Positions 12,301 through 26,700 of a stretch of DNA of 64,000 bases are shown one piece after another; the first letter of the stretch is position 1, and the number at the start of each line of letters is the position of its first letter. The position numbers were made by a program, and so were the translations under genes. A model generated the notes under the pieces. That model saw nothing but the letters and a program-made list of their open reading frames with translations, ran no database searches and was not told the origin of the DNA. Source of the stretch: Styela clava (taxonomy: Eukaryota); the NCBI RefSeq assembly GCF_964204865.1, contig NC_135252.1, forward strand, positions 10,416,001 through 10,480,000, written 5' to 3'.

Positions 12301-15300
12301 ACACTCCGATATGGATCGGTACTTTCAATAACCCGTAAACGATCGGTAATCTCAAATATAAGAAGTATAACCACGTGTTTGAAACGTTTTAAGGGACATG
12401 AAATTCACGAAATTATATTAGATTTTCCATCGTCTATTGTTAATGAGAAATATCAGAAATTACTCACTTCATCCTTTGTCATACGACTGCTGGTAACATT
12501 TAGCTTCCGTATTGGACTCATCTGATCGATGTTGGTACGCATCCACCTAACACCTAACAGAATTTTGTAATTTACATTTTGATTTTGTAGTTGTCAATCT
12601 GATCGATCGCATGTGTTTTTTCGGTGAATGGTACCTGTCTCGGTAAATTGAAAGAGTTCATCAGTTTTTAGACAACTTTATATAATATTATTATGTTCGC
12701 TAAACTTTATTTATATATTGCTATGGCTGGGATTGATATCAGTCGACCTGCATTTTGCTTTATTTGTTTTGGATTGAGTCTTTGCGATGAAGCAATAAAT
12801 TTAAGTTGACTCCTTTGACTAATTTGAAGATAATTTGTTGAAAGTACGTCACGGTAGCTTGTTTGATTAGATTTCTCATCGAGTTTATGGCCAGCGCTGA
12901 ATTTCCCGTAACGTAGTACACTAGATGAATTAATATTTATAACATACTCGACGATTATCTGGGTGACCCAACATAAATCCGACGTTGCGACGATACCGTC
13001 TTACTTTGATCGCTCTTAGGAAATGACTTGAACAAAACGATTTGGACTATTTACACTTCAACATTTCGAATGTTAAATGCAATTTAAAATTCGGGACTCA
13101 CACATTACACATACCAGAATTACTGTTACAGGGGTATCATCATGAGGTAACGCATTGTGGCTTTACCGACTTAGGTAGTTTCGTTTTAAAGAGTTTGTTG
13201 TTTTGCGTTTATATTGCGTTTCTCGTGTTCGCGAAATTTTTACGATTGTCAAATCTCAATTACTATAATATCAAATACGCGATGTTTTCAAGACGCGGTT
13301 TTAATGCGCGATATTCAGTTAAATTTTCGGCGGGAGTGACCATTGCAAACGATCATTGCTTTTTTATCACGGGCAAATGACATGCGGACGTTTGGTACCA
13401 AACTGTAGTCGGAATTCCCAGGTTTTGTCGCTATAACATGAAACAAATTTGGAATCAAATCAAAATCGGATACGTTACATTTCTATCTAATTCAATTTCC
13501 TCTTTAGTATTCATTAATTTAAACGTCGTATCACATTTCTTTTCTAATTATTCAGATGGTGACCAGGACAAAGAAAATATTCGTCGGTGGTTTGTCCGCA
13601 GACACCGTGGTGGATGATCTGAAGAAGTATTTTTCACAATATGGACAGGTCGGCCTTTTTTGTAAATATATCACCTAATCCAGTTTTGACATCATTTCTG
13701 TGGTTTTTGTGAAATAGTTTAATTAAGTGATAAAAGTAGTATGACAGAAATCAGTACAACCGAAAAATGCCGACCAAGATGTCGGTTTCATTCGATATAG
13801 AATCTCACCGGTTGCTAATGATTGTCAACTTTATTTTTGTTATATATACATATTATTTTAACTACTGTTAAATAAATACGAACATTTTGGCGCCTATCGA
13901 GAAGGCGTGTCGTCATAGAGATGATAGAGAAAGGTGACGAAGATACACTTGAATGATTTACTATTAATATACTCCGGGCCGGTTCATTAATATGTATGGA
14001 TCAATTCTACGGTTTGGTTATGCACAGAACAGCGTAATTGACTTAAAAATAAGTATTTGGGTGTAACGTGCTAGTTAATTCAACGGTTATTGGTATGTGA
14101 TATTGGGGTTGCCAATTTGTAATGGTCATGAATTTCGTTTCTGCCAGACTGTTATGAAGAACAGAAAGAACATCCTGTTGTCAAATTGGTGACCAAATCT
14201 GGCCTTCCCAGTGCAAACTCCCATTAAATCTCCATAGCAAGAAGCCAAAAATGTTTCAGATTCGTATGTGAAAATTGCTTCGCTGATCGAGTCTCACTAA
14301 CACTGATTTCTCTTGTTTTTCAGGTTGAAGACGCAATGCTAATGTTCGATAAAGTCACTCATCGGCATAGAGGTAAATATATATGACAAAAACTTATGCT
14401 GTTTAAAAAAAAATTGTCATCGATTATCAAAATTTCAATTTTGATTTGGGGCTTTCAATTGTGTTTTGTAATACCCGCAATTTTGTTATCCAACCGCATC
14501 ACGGGAACGAGTATTATTATTTGCTCGCCAGTTTAGGTTTTAACCAAATTTTGATGTTTTCTAACAATAACTCCGAGATGAATTCAATGTACCAAACTAC
14601 TGAATTGCCTGTCCATAGACCATATTCAACAAATCGATTTTCAATTATTGAATTTAAATAACGTCCAAACCTGTTACTGCTCAAATAAAAGAGCCTTGTT
14701 TAGGAGTCATGTGTAATCCACAAACGACACATTTTAGTTCCTTCTTGTGCCTAGCTAGGGCCTGAAACCAAAAATTAAACTATTAATTACGATGACATCA
14801 AGGCTGATAAATGTTTGCTGAGGCAAAGATACATAATGCCATTCAAAATTTGGATCTTGTGGCGCAAAGTCCGAATGCTTTTAAATCTCTTCTCAGATAT
14901 AATATTCAAGGATCTCCGGATAATATTCAATCGTATCCTTGATATTGTTTAACACCAAATTGCATGCATATGTTGAGAACAAGGGTCTGTATAGAATAAA
15001 CACTATGAGATGCGCCGACCGATCCCATTCAGTTGACATTGATAGTTTTCAGCTTTGATAATTGAAAATGCAAGAATTGCAATACGTGCGAGTAAGCAGT
15101 TTTTCATTTATAGGCACCGTTTTCTCAACCCTCCCGAAGAATGAATAGGTAAATAATGTGAATTAGTTAGACACAGCATGGAGTATTGCTATACACTCAT
15201 TAGTATCCTGTATTAGTTAAAGAGTGATTTATTATAATTTTAGATAATTTAATTTTGTTGACACCGTCAAGAAAATGGTATACTTTATTCTTAATTTTGC

Positions 15301-18300
15301 AGTTAAACAGTTGGTCATACTCAATTAGTTTATGGTCATCACTCATCAATGACCTGTATGATTTGACTCAACTTTAGCATCGGCCAACCGTATTCCAAAT
15401 GAATACTGTACAACAAAAGGTCATTGTGAGAGTAATTTACATAAAAATTCACCACAAAGTGAATAACTAACTAATTTTTGACTCTGGAAAGTGGATTTTT
15501 ACAAATTTTTGATAGTGTAGAAATTAGTCTTGACGTGGAGGTATATAAAGTAACTAATTATTGCAGTAGAATATTGTTTGCCATAATAATACACCATAGA
15601 GAGTGTAAATGTAATTAGGTCCTGCAAGTTTGCTTTTCATTAGGTAGCCTACACATAGACTTACAAAATTTGCTTAGTTCATAGTTTTGATGTAATTTTC
15701 CACATAGCGGTAGGTGTTGTACCTAAATATAATCATGAAAATATTATAATGCTTGATAACGAAATAAGCTCTGCTTATAAATATAGAGAAGCACTGGAAC
15801 AAAAAATTCATTCATTTAACTTGATTGGAGAATTTTCGTAAGAACGTTTACAAAAAAACATGATTACAATAAATCTGTTTGATATTCCCGAAAAAGAAAA
15901 TGTGTAATGATTTCCAGATTCGAATTTGATAAATATTCGTGGTTTATTACGTGATCCTATAGATTCAGCAAAATTTGGCATCAGAACTAAATTTATTTTG
16001 CGTCACGCAATTTAACGAACCTAACCGACCGACTACCGACTTGTTCAAAATTCCAGGCAGACTGGATGTCGGGTCTTAAATCAAAGAAAATCAACGCCTT
16101 ATGGTGTAACTTTCAAATCAAGTAATTTTGAACAACATTTTCAATGTAACAAACGTGTTAAATCAAGTACCATCTACAAAGAAATACCAGTCTGGCGTGT
16201 AAAAATGTATTGGCGCTCATTTCTGTTAATAATTTGATCTAACAGTATATGTTAAGAGGTAGGTGTGGGACATCTTTTGTGATTTCATATAAGCATAGCA
16301 CGGTATTTTTATTAATTCCACGGTAGAGTTTGCGTCACTCGAATTAAATAAATAGTTACCGAGATAATTGAATCTTGAAGTTTCTACTTTTTTAAAAGTC
16401 ATTTATATTATTCATTCAATAAATACGTGGCAAGTTGTAATACCTTCAATTCACCGTGCACTTACTTAATTTTCAACGGTCGTAAGAATACAAATATAAC
16501 TCTCATTCAAGTCAATAGCTTATTGAGACGTGTTACGACACGCCAGAATATATCGGCACCCTCGTTGAATGCTTTATAAACAAAAGCTGTGACGGAAGGG
16601 CTTTACAACGTGCCCAACGACGGATCTTGTGATTAACATTCATTTCTGATATCGCATAATGAAAAGTTTTGGTGTGTAATTCGTCAAGCGTGTTCCACCG
16701 ATAATCTACCTTTCGGGAAGATGTTGAGACATGGTACATGTGAGATCGAGCCTATTGAACGTATATTCTGAATTTTCTTCCCATTCAAACAAGTTTTTTC
16801 CTACTTATTGTTTGTTGTTCCTGTCTTTGTTTCGATAAGTATTCATTATATTCCGGGACGATATTTTTATTGTGTACGACAATGGATAGTTATATCCGCC
16901 TGGATATCAAACGTATTTTATTCTTTGTTGTTTTATTCAATTCGTTCGTGAACGGGATCATCAACGTATAATGTTAAAACATTGTTAAAGCACCATAGTT
17001 CTACTTTACTTACATTGAAAATAAAAACGCATAGACTCGCCGTTCCAATCCACCTAGTTTGTCTATAGTTGATGAATCTTAGTAAACAATTTTTTACTTA
17101 CCCGAGTCTAAAGATTTTCAGTCTTCATTCCTATGCCATAATGAAAACAAACAGACGACAAAATCAGTTTTTTCCTATTCATTATATTTTTAATCCACGT
17201 TAAAAGTTTGGCGTTCCATTTGAAGTGTGCTTCACATAGTTTAGAAGAGGGTTTTGCGTCCGGGTCTGATGAATAACATTCGATCACATCTTTCATTAAA
17301 TGTTTATATTTTATGCTCTTCTAGTTGTGCCATACATGGGCCTTGTATCATAGATCGTTTCGAATGTAATCATTTTTTCCCATCATTGGCCGAGTATTAT
17401 TTGTAGATAAATGAACAGACACAATACAACAAAAGCAGACTTGATTTTCGTGTCATCTTAAACGGTTAACGAGCTATTTTCGCACACATGTTGACTCAGG
17501 AGTCTCCAACAATACTTGACTAAAGGCTGCTCTGTTAAACTCTCCAAACAGAGTTTTCGACGTTTCGGTTGTTTGTCAAACCTTTTCGAATTACTTTACT
17601 TTTTGTTTCCCACTTTACCTTCCTCACATTTCAGGAAAGTGTTTCAACATCATCGCTCTTGAATCAATTTAAAAGTGATCGAGTGAATTTTCTATTGAAC
17701 AAGTTTCACACAAACTTCATTTATTTTATCCCCCAAAACAGTGACTGCGATTCCGAGCCTTAGACGATTACAACCTCGATTTGAAATTTTTTTGGGATGT
17801 AACAGGATGTTACAATTTAGAATTATTAACACATATATATAATTAAATAAATTAAAATATGCATTATTTGATTTATTATGTTTATACGAATGAATTAAAC
17901 TAATGAGTATAAAGTTTCACATGTATCTGTGAAATCTAACATTTTATATATTAGTGTTGAAATATGAAAGCGAATATAAGCAATTGGGGATAAATGAGAT
18001 GGCATAGCATATTATTGTGGCACTAGGTCAAAACAAATTTCGAGATCAAACGTTTCATTCTAGACTGCAATAAACATAATGGTGTAATGTGTATTCTGTG
18101 CTGACAATCCAACCTCCAAAGAATTTTTTTTTGTTACGTTTAAGCAAATAAATTAAAGACATCTTTCTCATAAAAAACTTTTTTTCCAGGATTTGGTTTC
18201 GTCACATTCGACAATGAAGAATCAGTGGAAAAAGTTTGTGAAATACATTTTCACGAAATCAAAACAAAGATGGTAAGTAAAACTATTCCGACTTTCATCT

Positions 18301-20588
18301 TGCTAAATTTACTTGTTTTCAGCGATCGAAAATTAATCAACACGCAATTTCTAATCCCTTTCTTATCTTATTGGACTAAATTAGAGTGAACAATTTCATA
18401 TTGAGTGATTTTCATAAAGAATATCCAAAACATAAAAACTCATCGGGTTCCAAATTAAAGAAAAAATTATTTTTAGGTGGAATGCAAAAAGGCTCAGCCG
18501 AAAGAAGTTATGATGCCAACAATGACCAGACCATTAAGTAGACCCAGAGCTGCAACCGTGCAATATATTGACCCTACTACAGCTATGTGCCTGGGTGATT
18601 ATATTAAATTAAATGAATTTTTCTAGCCATGAAACACTGACATGTATTCCTTTACTAGGTCTACTTGCTGGGGAAAATCCATCAAAACGATGCTATTTTC
18701 TGCTCTGAAAGAAAACACCACTTCTTTATCGGTTAATAGTAGTTGAGCTCTGGTGTAATATTTTCAGTTTTCGCATGATATCTGGTGTATATTCAAATTT
18801 CTATGATTCTTGTAACAGTTACATTATGTCATTGGAACTTAAGTTATTTTCACTACTACTACTTAGTACCTTCATTTTTGATCATGTCACCCATCACATC
18901 GTCTCGATATTTTAAACATCCAAAGCATAAAATATTGGGCTTCTATTCAATCCTATTGCTTATTTCAGGTTATCAACAATTTTATCCACGAACTGCTCCG
19001 ACAGCTACAATAGCTTATCCTGCTGCATACGCAGCCTATCCTGGAGCTGGTGTTGGTAGGTATTTTTTGAAATCATCAAATATTTTAATAATATATCGAC
19101 AAGACTTTACCAGGTAAAATCATTTAGTAAAAACAACATATTAACTAATTAATATCCTGATAAATTCAGGAGGTCCGACGCTGGCGTACACAGCTGATCC
19201 AAATACCCTGGCCAGGCTAGGAATGGCTCCGATGACGGCCGGAACTTTCGCAGTTGCAGCTGCTGCTCAAGCACAACAGGCACGGATTGAAACACTGGGA
19301 TCGCCACTTGCAACTTCTGGACAAGCTCTACAACAGTTAGTTCACCCAGGAGCTGAACTAAAGAGAGAATTGACAGCTCCAGGTAGATAGCCTGTCTTGC
19401 AATATGAATTCTCAAACTGAGGCTCAGTGAATGCATACTCAAAGCTTGGAATTAATCTACACCCAACGCTCGTTATAGATTTTATTCTTACAAAATATTT
19501 TTTTTTTCAGTTTTTACAACGTACGCGCAATCAACATTGCCTACACCAACACATAACGGCACAGTAAGAGCGGCGGCATTCAATGGTAGCCCCAGTCCAC
19601 TGGATGTTTACTCGCATGTTGCTGCAACGCATGTAGCGGCGCCACACGAGGCCGCTCTTGGTGCGTACATTGGACAAGCTGCATCTCCGCAACCGGGAAG
19701 TGCTGCGTTTCCAGGAGGCATTCCATTGCCATCAGTAAGTTATATTGTGTGTTAAATGTGTCCATTAGAAATCATTTTTAGTACAAGTAGAAGGTATTTT
19801 ATTCGTATATAAACTATAACTTGTATACCTAAACTCTAACTAGCTTAACAATGGAAACTCAAAGAAGCAACATTGCAACGGCATAATATCATAAACATAA
19901 ATAATTGTGGAACAAAAAAAACGCCCATGTTTATATAGCGAATTTGTTAATTTTTTGAAATATTTTGGGTAGGAAATGTAGACCAAATAAAATAGACGAT
20001 TCAGATGACAAACAAAGATGACATGACTTTTGTTGTAATGTGGTCTTCTGAAAACCGTTTATAGTAATCTGCCAAGCGATTCTCCATTTCGTTGCTATAC
20101 AGACCTTTGTCTTTTGTAACATGTTGCTTGTAGCAAAAGTGTTAATCATAACAACCAAGGAGGAAAGCATATTCATGGTCGTTTGTGGTGGATGATTTGT
20201 TTGTGATTTGCAGTGTTTTTGTTTTCTAACAGCAATGTCATATGCTCACTCAACTCAGCTATCAGTAGACTGGAAGTAGAATTATTTCAAGAGTTACTTT
20301 GGTTTTGTTTCCATGTGAGTTTGAATACTTTTTAGATAAAATATTCTCTAACAGATAGTTAACTATTTGATGTTCATTGTATTTATTTCATGATGATAAG
20401 TATCGAACGTATTCAATTAGAGATTCTTTTTTAGAGTTATCATACCCGTATTGCTTCACTCATAATATACCTTAGTATGTATATATAGTATGAATTTTTA
20501 GGATGAATGGCGATACTAAATTTCAATTCATTTCTTCCATTTTCAGGTCGGAATCTTGAATTCGCGTTTACAATCTCGACCTCTTTGA
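6388..20588 (+). CDS. msi: RNA-binding protein Musashi homolog (2 RRMs), 13 coding exons, ~406 aa
   Basis: Exons 6388-6449, 6529-6569, 6648-6729, 8037-8121, 8354-8395, 13556-13648, 14324-14372, 18190-18272, 18477-18594, 18969-19055, 19170-19382, 19511-19734, 20547-20588; all GT-AG and phase-compatible (1221 nt). Translation has the Musashi signatures [100 protein letters not shown], then an Ala/Pro/Tyr-rich tail. The last exon is the least certain. Confidence 0.95.
8557..8948. mobile_element. Non-autonomous hAT (Ac-type) MITE in Musashi intron 5
   Basis: TIRs TAGGGCTGGGCATTTT / AAAATGCCCAGCCCTG; perfect 8-bp TSD gtatccgt (8549-8556, 8949-8956); subterminal tcgaat repeats. Confidence 0.85.
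9257..9576. promoter_or_regulatory. Candidate intronic promoter (GC box plus clustered CCAAT boxes)
   Basis: GCCCCGCCCC at 9257-9266; CCAAT/ATTGG at 9273, 9321, 9462, 9531 and 9572. Confidence 0.3.
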
Positions 20589-22960
20589 ATAGAATAGATT
20601 CAAGTTATGATGTCGCACCAACTTAACAAACTTTACTTTTTTATATTCTATTTACTTCAACTTATTTGTTTGTTTTTTATTATTGTTTCGCCTGGTTATT
20701 TAACATTTACAATTACATTTATTTTTGAGCACCAAAGTCCAAAGGACACCTGCCCACGTAACCTTCTTTTGGCCAGAACTTAAATGAGTTGGTAATATGT
20801 ATACTACGTTCAGAACAAGTTTCCAAATGGTACAACATACCAATTCGATAATATTTTTAAAGAGAACTCTCTCACAAATACTCTTCATCTTCAACTAATG
20901 TTGTATTACGATTGCGTTATTTCACACTACGTATTATGTATGTAAATATTCTGTAGTGGTGGGTGGGTGTAGGTCGGTGAATGCAAAATCTTGAATACCT
21001 GATTAAGCATTGTTTATTTTTTTCGTTGAGTAATATTTCAATTATCCCTATTACTAAAATCAGCAAGTGACTTTTAGCGTCATCATTTCAACGTAATTTA
21101 AACAAAGAATCTGTTCACGACAAACAGTCAAACTTTTTTCTCTCTCACCTTTTCTTGTGCTTTGTCAAATATTTAATTGCAGAGGCACACGGAAAAGTTT
21201 ATTTCTACAAAATATCATAAATGTACACAATCGCGTTGCACAAAATTTTCTTTTAAATATTGTTTTCCTAGTGTATTATCTGCGACAAATTAGATTATAT
21301 TGTAGATGATGTTATGAAACTATGATACCACGTCTCTCGTTACCATCATACACACTGTATATAATTTTCATATACGGCAGGATATACCTAATCTTTTCAC
21401 CTAATAATCATTGGTAGGTTGGGTATAAAATTATATAATTCATCACTGGCATTTTGGGAAGTAGTTATCACGGTTTTTAATGCAATTTATGTAGGTTTTC
21501 CTGAATTTATTCACATCTAGAAACTCAAATCTATATTAAATACAGATATTAGTAAATTAGAATTATAATAAATAGTTTGCGCGACCCACTGTGCCACTTC
21601 AATGTCCCTATTCATACACTCATATTAGTGCCTTGAGACTATATGCTTATATTGATATTGATGTTTCGTAATTTGTTTGCTGTTTATGACGCATGTACAC
21701 ATTGTTTCATTCCCTTGTTTTTCAATTCATACTGATTGAGTGATGTTTTGTCAAAAGCTATTGCAAGATGAAGCAATAATATGTGGTAATTGCCCATCAA
21801 AATGATATTTCGGACTTGATTGTTTCTTGAATTTTTATCTATATGTGTTTTTATTTCACACAAATTATTACGTTCGAGAGTCGACCTATTCCTTTGCCGA
21901 ATCTTACAGTTAGTTATAATCTGATCGTTCTCGTTTAATAAATGTGCGGTGAATAATTTTCTATTGCTATTGCTTTTTTATTTTATTAATATCTGCACAG
22001 TTTGTGAATGGACGATGATTACACTCAATAACATATTTTTCGATGGCAAGTAACATTTGAAAATAATAATTAATACCCTTTAAAGTTTGAACTGCTTTTG
22101 ATATTGTGGAGTTTTTTAAGAATGTTATGTCATTTTTGGTGTTTTAGTTTAGTTTATTATCTTTTTTAACAATATAAGTCAATGATGTAATAATAGAACA
22201 TCCAGAAAGTTTTTGAATACTCCCACGTAGAAAGCTGATTTGTTCCAACCTTATGTTTCTTTAAAAATGTTTGCTACTTTAGATCGTAGATGGAATTAAC
22301 GTTTGGTAGTTAGAAGAGGTGCTAACAATACATTTCTTAATTAATTTCTTCCTACATTAAACTCAGCAGATTTGAAATATCGTGCAATGGTAGAGTTTTT
22401 ATACTGTGCTTAGCATTTGGGGACACATATACTACTTCTACTAATTTTCATTAGACCCCTTTGTTGTGAATATGAACAAACATTTTTCTTAGTTTTGGAG
22501 CTTTTTACTTCAAATTTTGATTTTTTTGATGAAAAAATAGTACTCTAGATTTTCTGCAACATACTTATTTCACTGTACCTGTGGTTGCGCTTTTTTTCCT
22601 TTTTCCAGTTTTGATATGTCAAACAGTGACTATATTCTAAAAGATGATAGTAAATTTCATCATTGAATGTGTAAAGCTTAAGATAATATTAATTTTAAGA
22701 ATGGGAAAAGATTGTGGAACCGTATTGGACTGACTGCATTATTCTTTGTATCACTTTTTGTCTTGTCTTTGTCCGCGCTAAACATTTTGTCAGTTGTTTT
22801 AATTTTCGCAAATAAACAAATCTCGACAAAATTTTCGTTTTTATATGGGACGGAATTTTTTGTTTTGCTTTCAATATTTTTTTTTCGTTGTTTGCTCTTG
22901 TGAATGAACCATTTTGTCGACTGGAACTATTATTTATGAATAAAATTCATATATTAAAAC
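20589..22960 (+). other. Probable long 3' UTR of Musashi with polyadenylation signal AATAAA at 22939-22944
   Basis: T-rich, coding-free stretch after the stop at 20588, ending at AATAAA followed by a GT/T-rich downstream element; an alternative AATAAA lies at ~21937. Confidence 0.5.
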
Positions 22961-23786
22961 TGTTGAAACCTGCGTGAGACTTTGTTTTCATTGCTTCAAT
23001 TGAATCGAAAAAAATACGCTTTTATCAATAAGTTGAGTAGACGAGGCACACATGAACACACTAAGAATAGATTTCTATACATGTAAAGCTCTCAAGGTTT
23101 TATTTACAATGACACAGAAAATTGCATCAGTCTGTCGATTTATATAAAAGTACATTTCTTAGTATGGAGCAACATGATAAGAAGAATTCATGGTAATAAA
23201 AATGATTTTCCAAATCAGGTTTGTCTGTGACATTTTCAAAAACTGAAAATTTGCTGAATGACATCACGTCATCCAACGGAATTCATTAAATGCTTGAACA
23301 TTGGTCAATGAACAACCGTCTTTGAGAGCGACCAGCAAGCAATACACTGAACGAACGTATTGATTCAACAATACCATACATGATTAATTAAAATTGTAAA
23401 GCGAATCTCACAAAAGAACGAAGCGATAGTGAACCTATTAAAATACATTAATCAAAACTTGTGAACTTTTCACCTGGTAACATTCGCGAAATATTTGCTC
23501 AGACATCCGATAAATTCAGTAGACAGGTATATATATATTAAATATGGAATTTTGTTACAACAATATGTATTACGGTTATCCATTTTATTGTTACAACTGT
23601 ATTTGTAAGGCTTTCAATTCTTGAGTTACTTCAACTTTCGCTTTATTTATCACTAACTGCATCTCTGATAATTCTTTTATTTTATATCATGTCGATTTCA
23701 TTTGACAAATTTAATACAAAATGTATATTGGTGTTGAGCAATGCCATATTATTTATATATATATAAATGAAAAGTAAAAACCAGAT

Positions 23787-26700
23787 TCACAATTTCGATT
23801 TATTTGCTTCGTCTCGCATCAAACGTCGAAGTATTTTTCCGCTTGCACTTTTCATAATTTTATCACAAAATTCTATTCCTCCATGTAGATGCTTGTATTT
23901 TGAAAGTTGACCTTCAAACACAATGCAAATTTTGGAAAACTGGAATAGCGTACTTTAACTATGGTTGACCTCTTTAAACTAAAAAAAATCATCAATGAAA
24001 ATGCATTACCAAAATCCCAAAATATTACAGATCGCAGCGATCTATACAGATCGCTGGATTTATAATGGGAGCTGATCAACACAAAATCGAACTAGATGTA
24101 TTTGCTGTTGTGCGTGTTACATTTATATTAACTCCTGCTTCCTAGCGAAATCGATATACCTACTCAAGTGTGCAAATCTTTCAAAGGAATTTTCGACAAC
24201 CTCATAGCGCGTCGTGTGTGGCTATTTTCATTTATATATGTATATATATATATATATTATGCTTTCCTTTATCGCGTAATAATATTATTCAAATTACCTG
24301 CGATATGGTTATGAATCTCCTCTTTTGTTAAACTTGGATCGTTTGGGACAACAAATGCTTTTGCAACTTCTCCTGCTTCTAGATCGGAAACTCCAATTAC
24401 TGCTACATCAGCAATTTTAGGATGGGAAATTAAAACTTCTTCCAGTTCAGCCGGGGCAACCTTGTAATGTTAAATCATAATAAAAAACTGAAAAAAAAAA
24501 GCATTTAAGATACAAAGGTTTGTTATTATTTGACGTACAGTCTTGTTACTGGCATTAGCAGCGTGTTGAATCAAGATTTTTTGTCTGCATTGATCTGCGC
24601 TTGACTATAATCAACTATATTTACTGGCAAGTTGCACGTAACTCGCACAACATATCACTCTAAAAACATTACCTGAAATCCTTTGTATTTTATTAATTCT
24701 TTTAATCGGTCAATAACATAAATCATCTCATTGTTGTCAAAATATCCAATATCACCAGTATGAAGCCATCCTTCTGCATCTATCGTGTTTGCTGTTGCTG
24801 ATGAGTTCTTGAAATAGCCTTTCATTACCTGCAAAAACGATGAAGTAAATGAGAGTTTATGTTTTCTATTATTCAGGTTCATTTATATTATGAACGGAAT
24901 GAAGTTTTGAATATAGACATAGAGAGTGAGTGAGGGATATACCAACTATGGCTATGGATTGGATTCAAAAGAAATACGAGCATATACATAATAATACCTT
25001 TTATTTGACATGCCTTTGAAGTTTCAGAACTCACCCATACCTGTGGACCTTTCACACACAATTCTCCATTCTGATATGGCCCTACTTCCGCGCCAGTTTC
25101 AATGTTGATTATCTACAAATAACAAAAACGAAGTCTTCAAAAACAAATAAAGACCTCAGAGTATTTATTTTTCATTGCAGTATTTTTAATGAAAATGTGC
25201 ACTCTTTTGGTACATATAAATTCTGCCGTACCCAGCGTCACTGACTTTTAATGCAATGGAATAGAGTAACTTTGGTAGATCTGTATGTACCAAAATTTAG
25301 TCAATTGCCGAAATTTATAGTTACCTTAATCTTTGTGTTAGCACAAACACGACCAACGGAGTTATGCGGGGTCATCTGAAAATCAGACGCTACAACAGGA
25401 ACGCACTCTGTCAGTGCCCAACCTAAAAACATCAAGCCCAAAGTTGAAAGGGTTCGATTACTGAAAATTAGTATAAAAAATAATAAAGGAAAATATCATT
25501 AAAATCAATAAGCACTCCACGGCAATTCGTGTTGGTATATTTTCAGCACTTGGAAAGAAAAACAAGAAATTCGTTATTGTACCAATTAATTATAAAAGCC
25601 ATATTAAACAGTAAAGCTGTCGTTTACATGATTCGCCAGTTTTTGTGCCTTTGAAATGAATATTTACCAATTTATAAAGACATCCTAAATGCTCGTTTCT
25701 TCGTTAAAAGGAAAGAATATTTAACGAATGTTAGAACTGATTGATCACCTTGTGCAACTTGGCATTTCAGCTTTGTAGACAAAATTGATGCAACTTCACG
25801 TGGTAGAGGAGCAGCTCCACATTTCAATGATAACAAAGATGAAAGGTCGTACTTTTCCAGCAAAGGGGACTTGGCGAACATCAGAAGCATTGGAGGAACG
25901 CCCGAAAATTGTGTTATCTGCAAAATATTGTTATATAATCAATAAATCTGATATTTAAAATAATACAATCTTGATTTTGTAATACCTTGTATTTTTCAAT
26001 AGATTGGAAACACCTTTCTACATTAAATCTGACATCAAGAACGTGTCGTACGCCCTGGTCCAACGTCGCAAAAGATACCATCAATCCGTAAATATGAAAC
26101 ATGGGAAGAACAGAATATACACTGTCAGGTTTGAATCCCATATTCATTCTAAAATATACAGGCAAGATTGGAGCAAGCAACTGGGTTAAATGTAGCAATG
26201 CATTATGACGTCATTTGTTGCGTTTTACAAGTCTACATTACTTAGAGCTTACTTATGAATTGACAGACACGACACAAAATTATAGTGAGTCAGCATTACA
26301 CCCTTTGGCATTCCGGTTGTTCCACTCGAGTATGGAAGAAACAAGACATCTTCACGTGGATCGATTTGAACATTCCTTGGAAAGGCTGTAATGGAGCAAT
26401 TTCAACGCATAAATTAGATTAAATCTGGATTTTTAAAGTTCTTTGTTATATATACTCAATCCATTCAAGGTCAGTGATCCCAAATTTATTCAATTAACGA
26501 AACAGCAAATATTGTCAAAAGTCTTCGTGAATCTACAAAGTAAGATCGGAAATGATGAATTCGGTAGTTATTTAAATTGGGTAATTTAATTAAAAAATAG
26601 GTTGTTTCTGTTTCTAGTAGATTAAAATTGGATATAAAATTTTTTAAATCCAGATGCACGAGCATGCAACGTTCTTGCCTACTTTGAATCAAATCCATAT

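Noticed and set aside
20589-22944. About ten (G/A)U1-3AGU Musashi-binding elements in Musashi's own 3' UTR
   Set aside because: A rough estimate at this AT content gives about that number by chance, so there is no evidence of enrichment.
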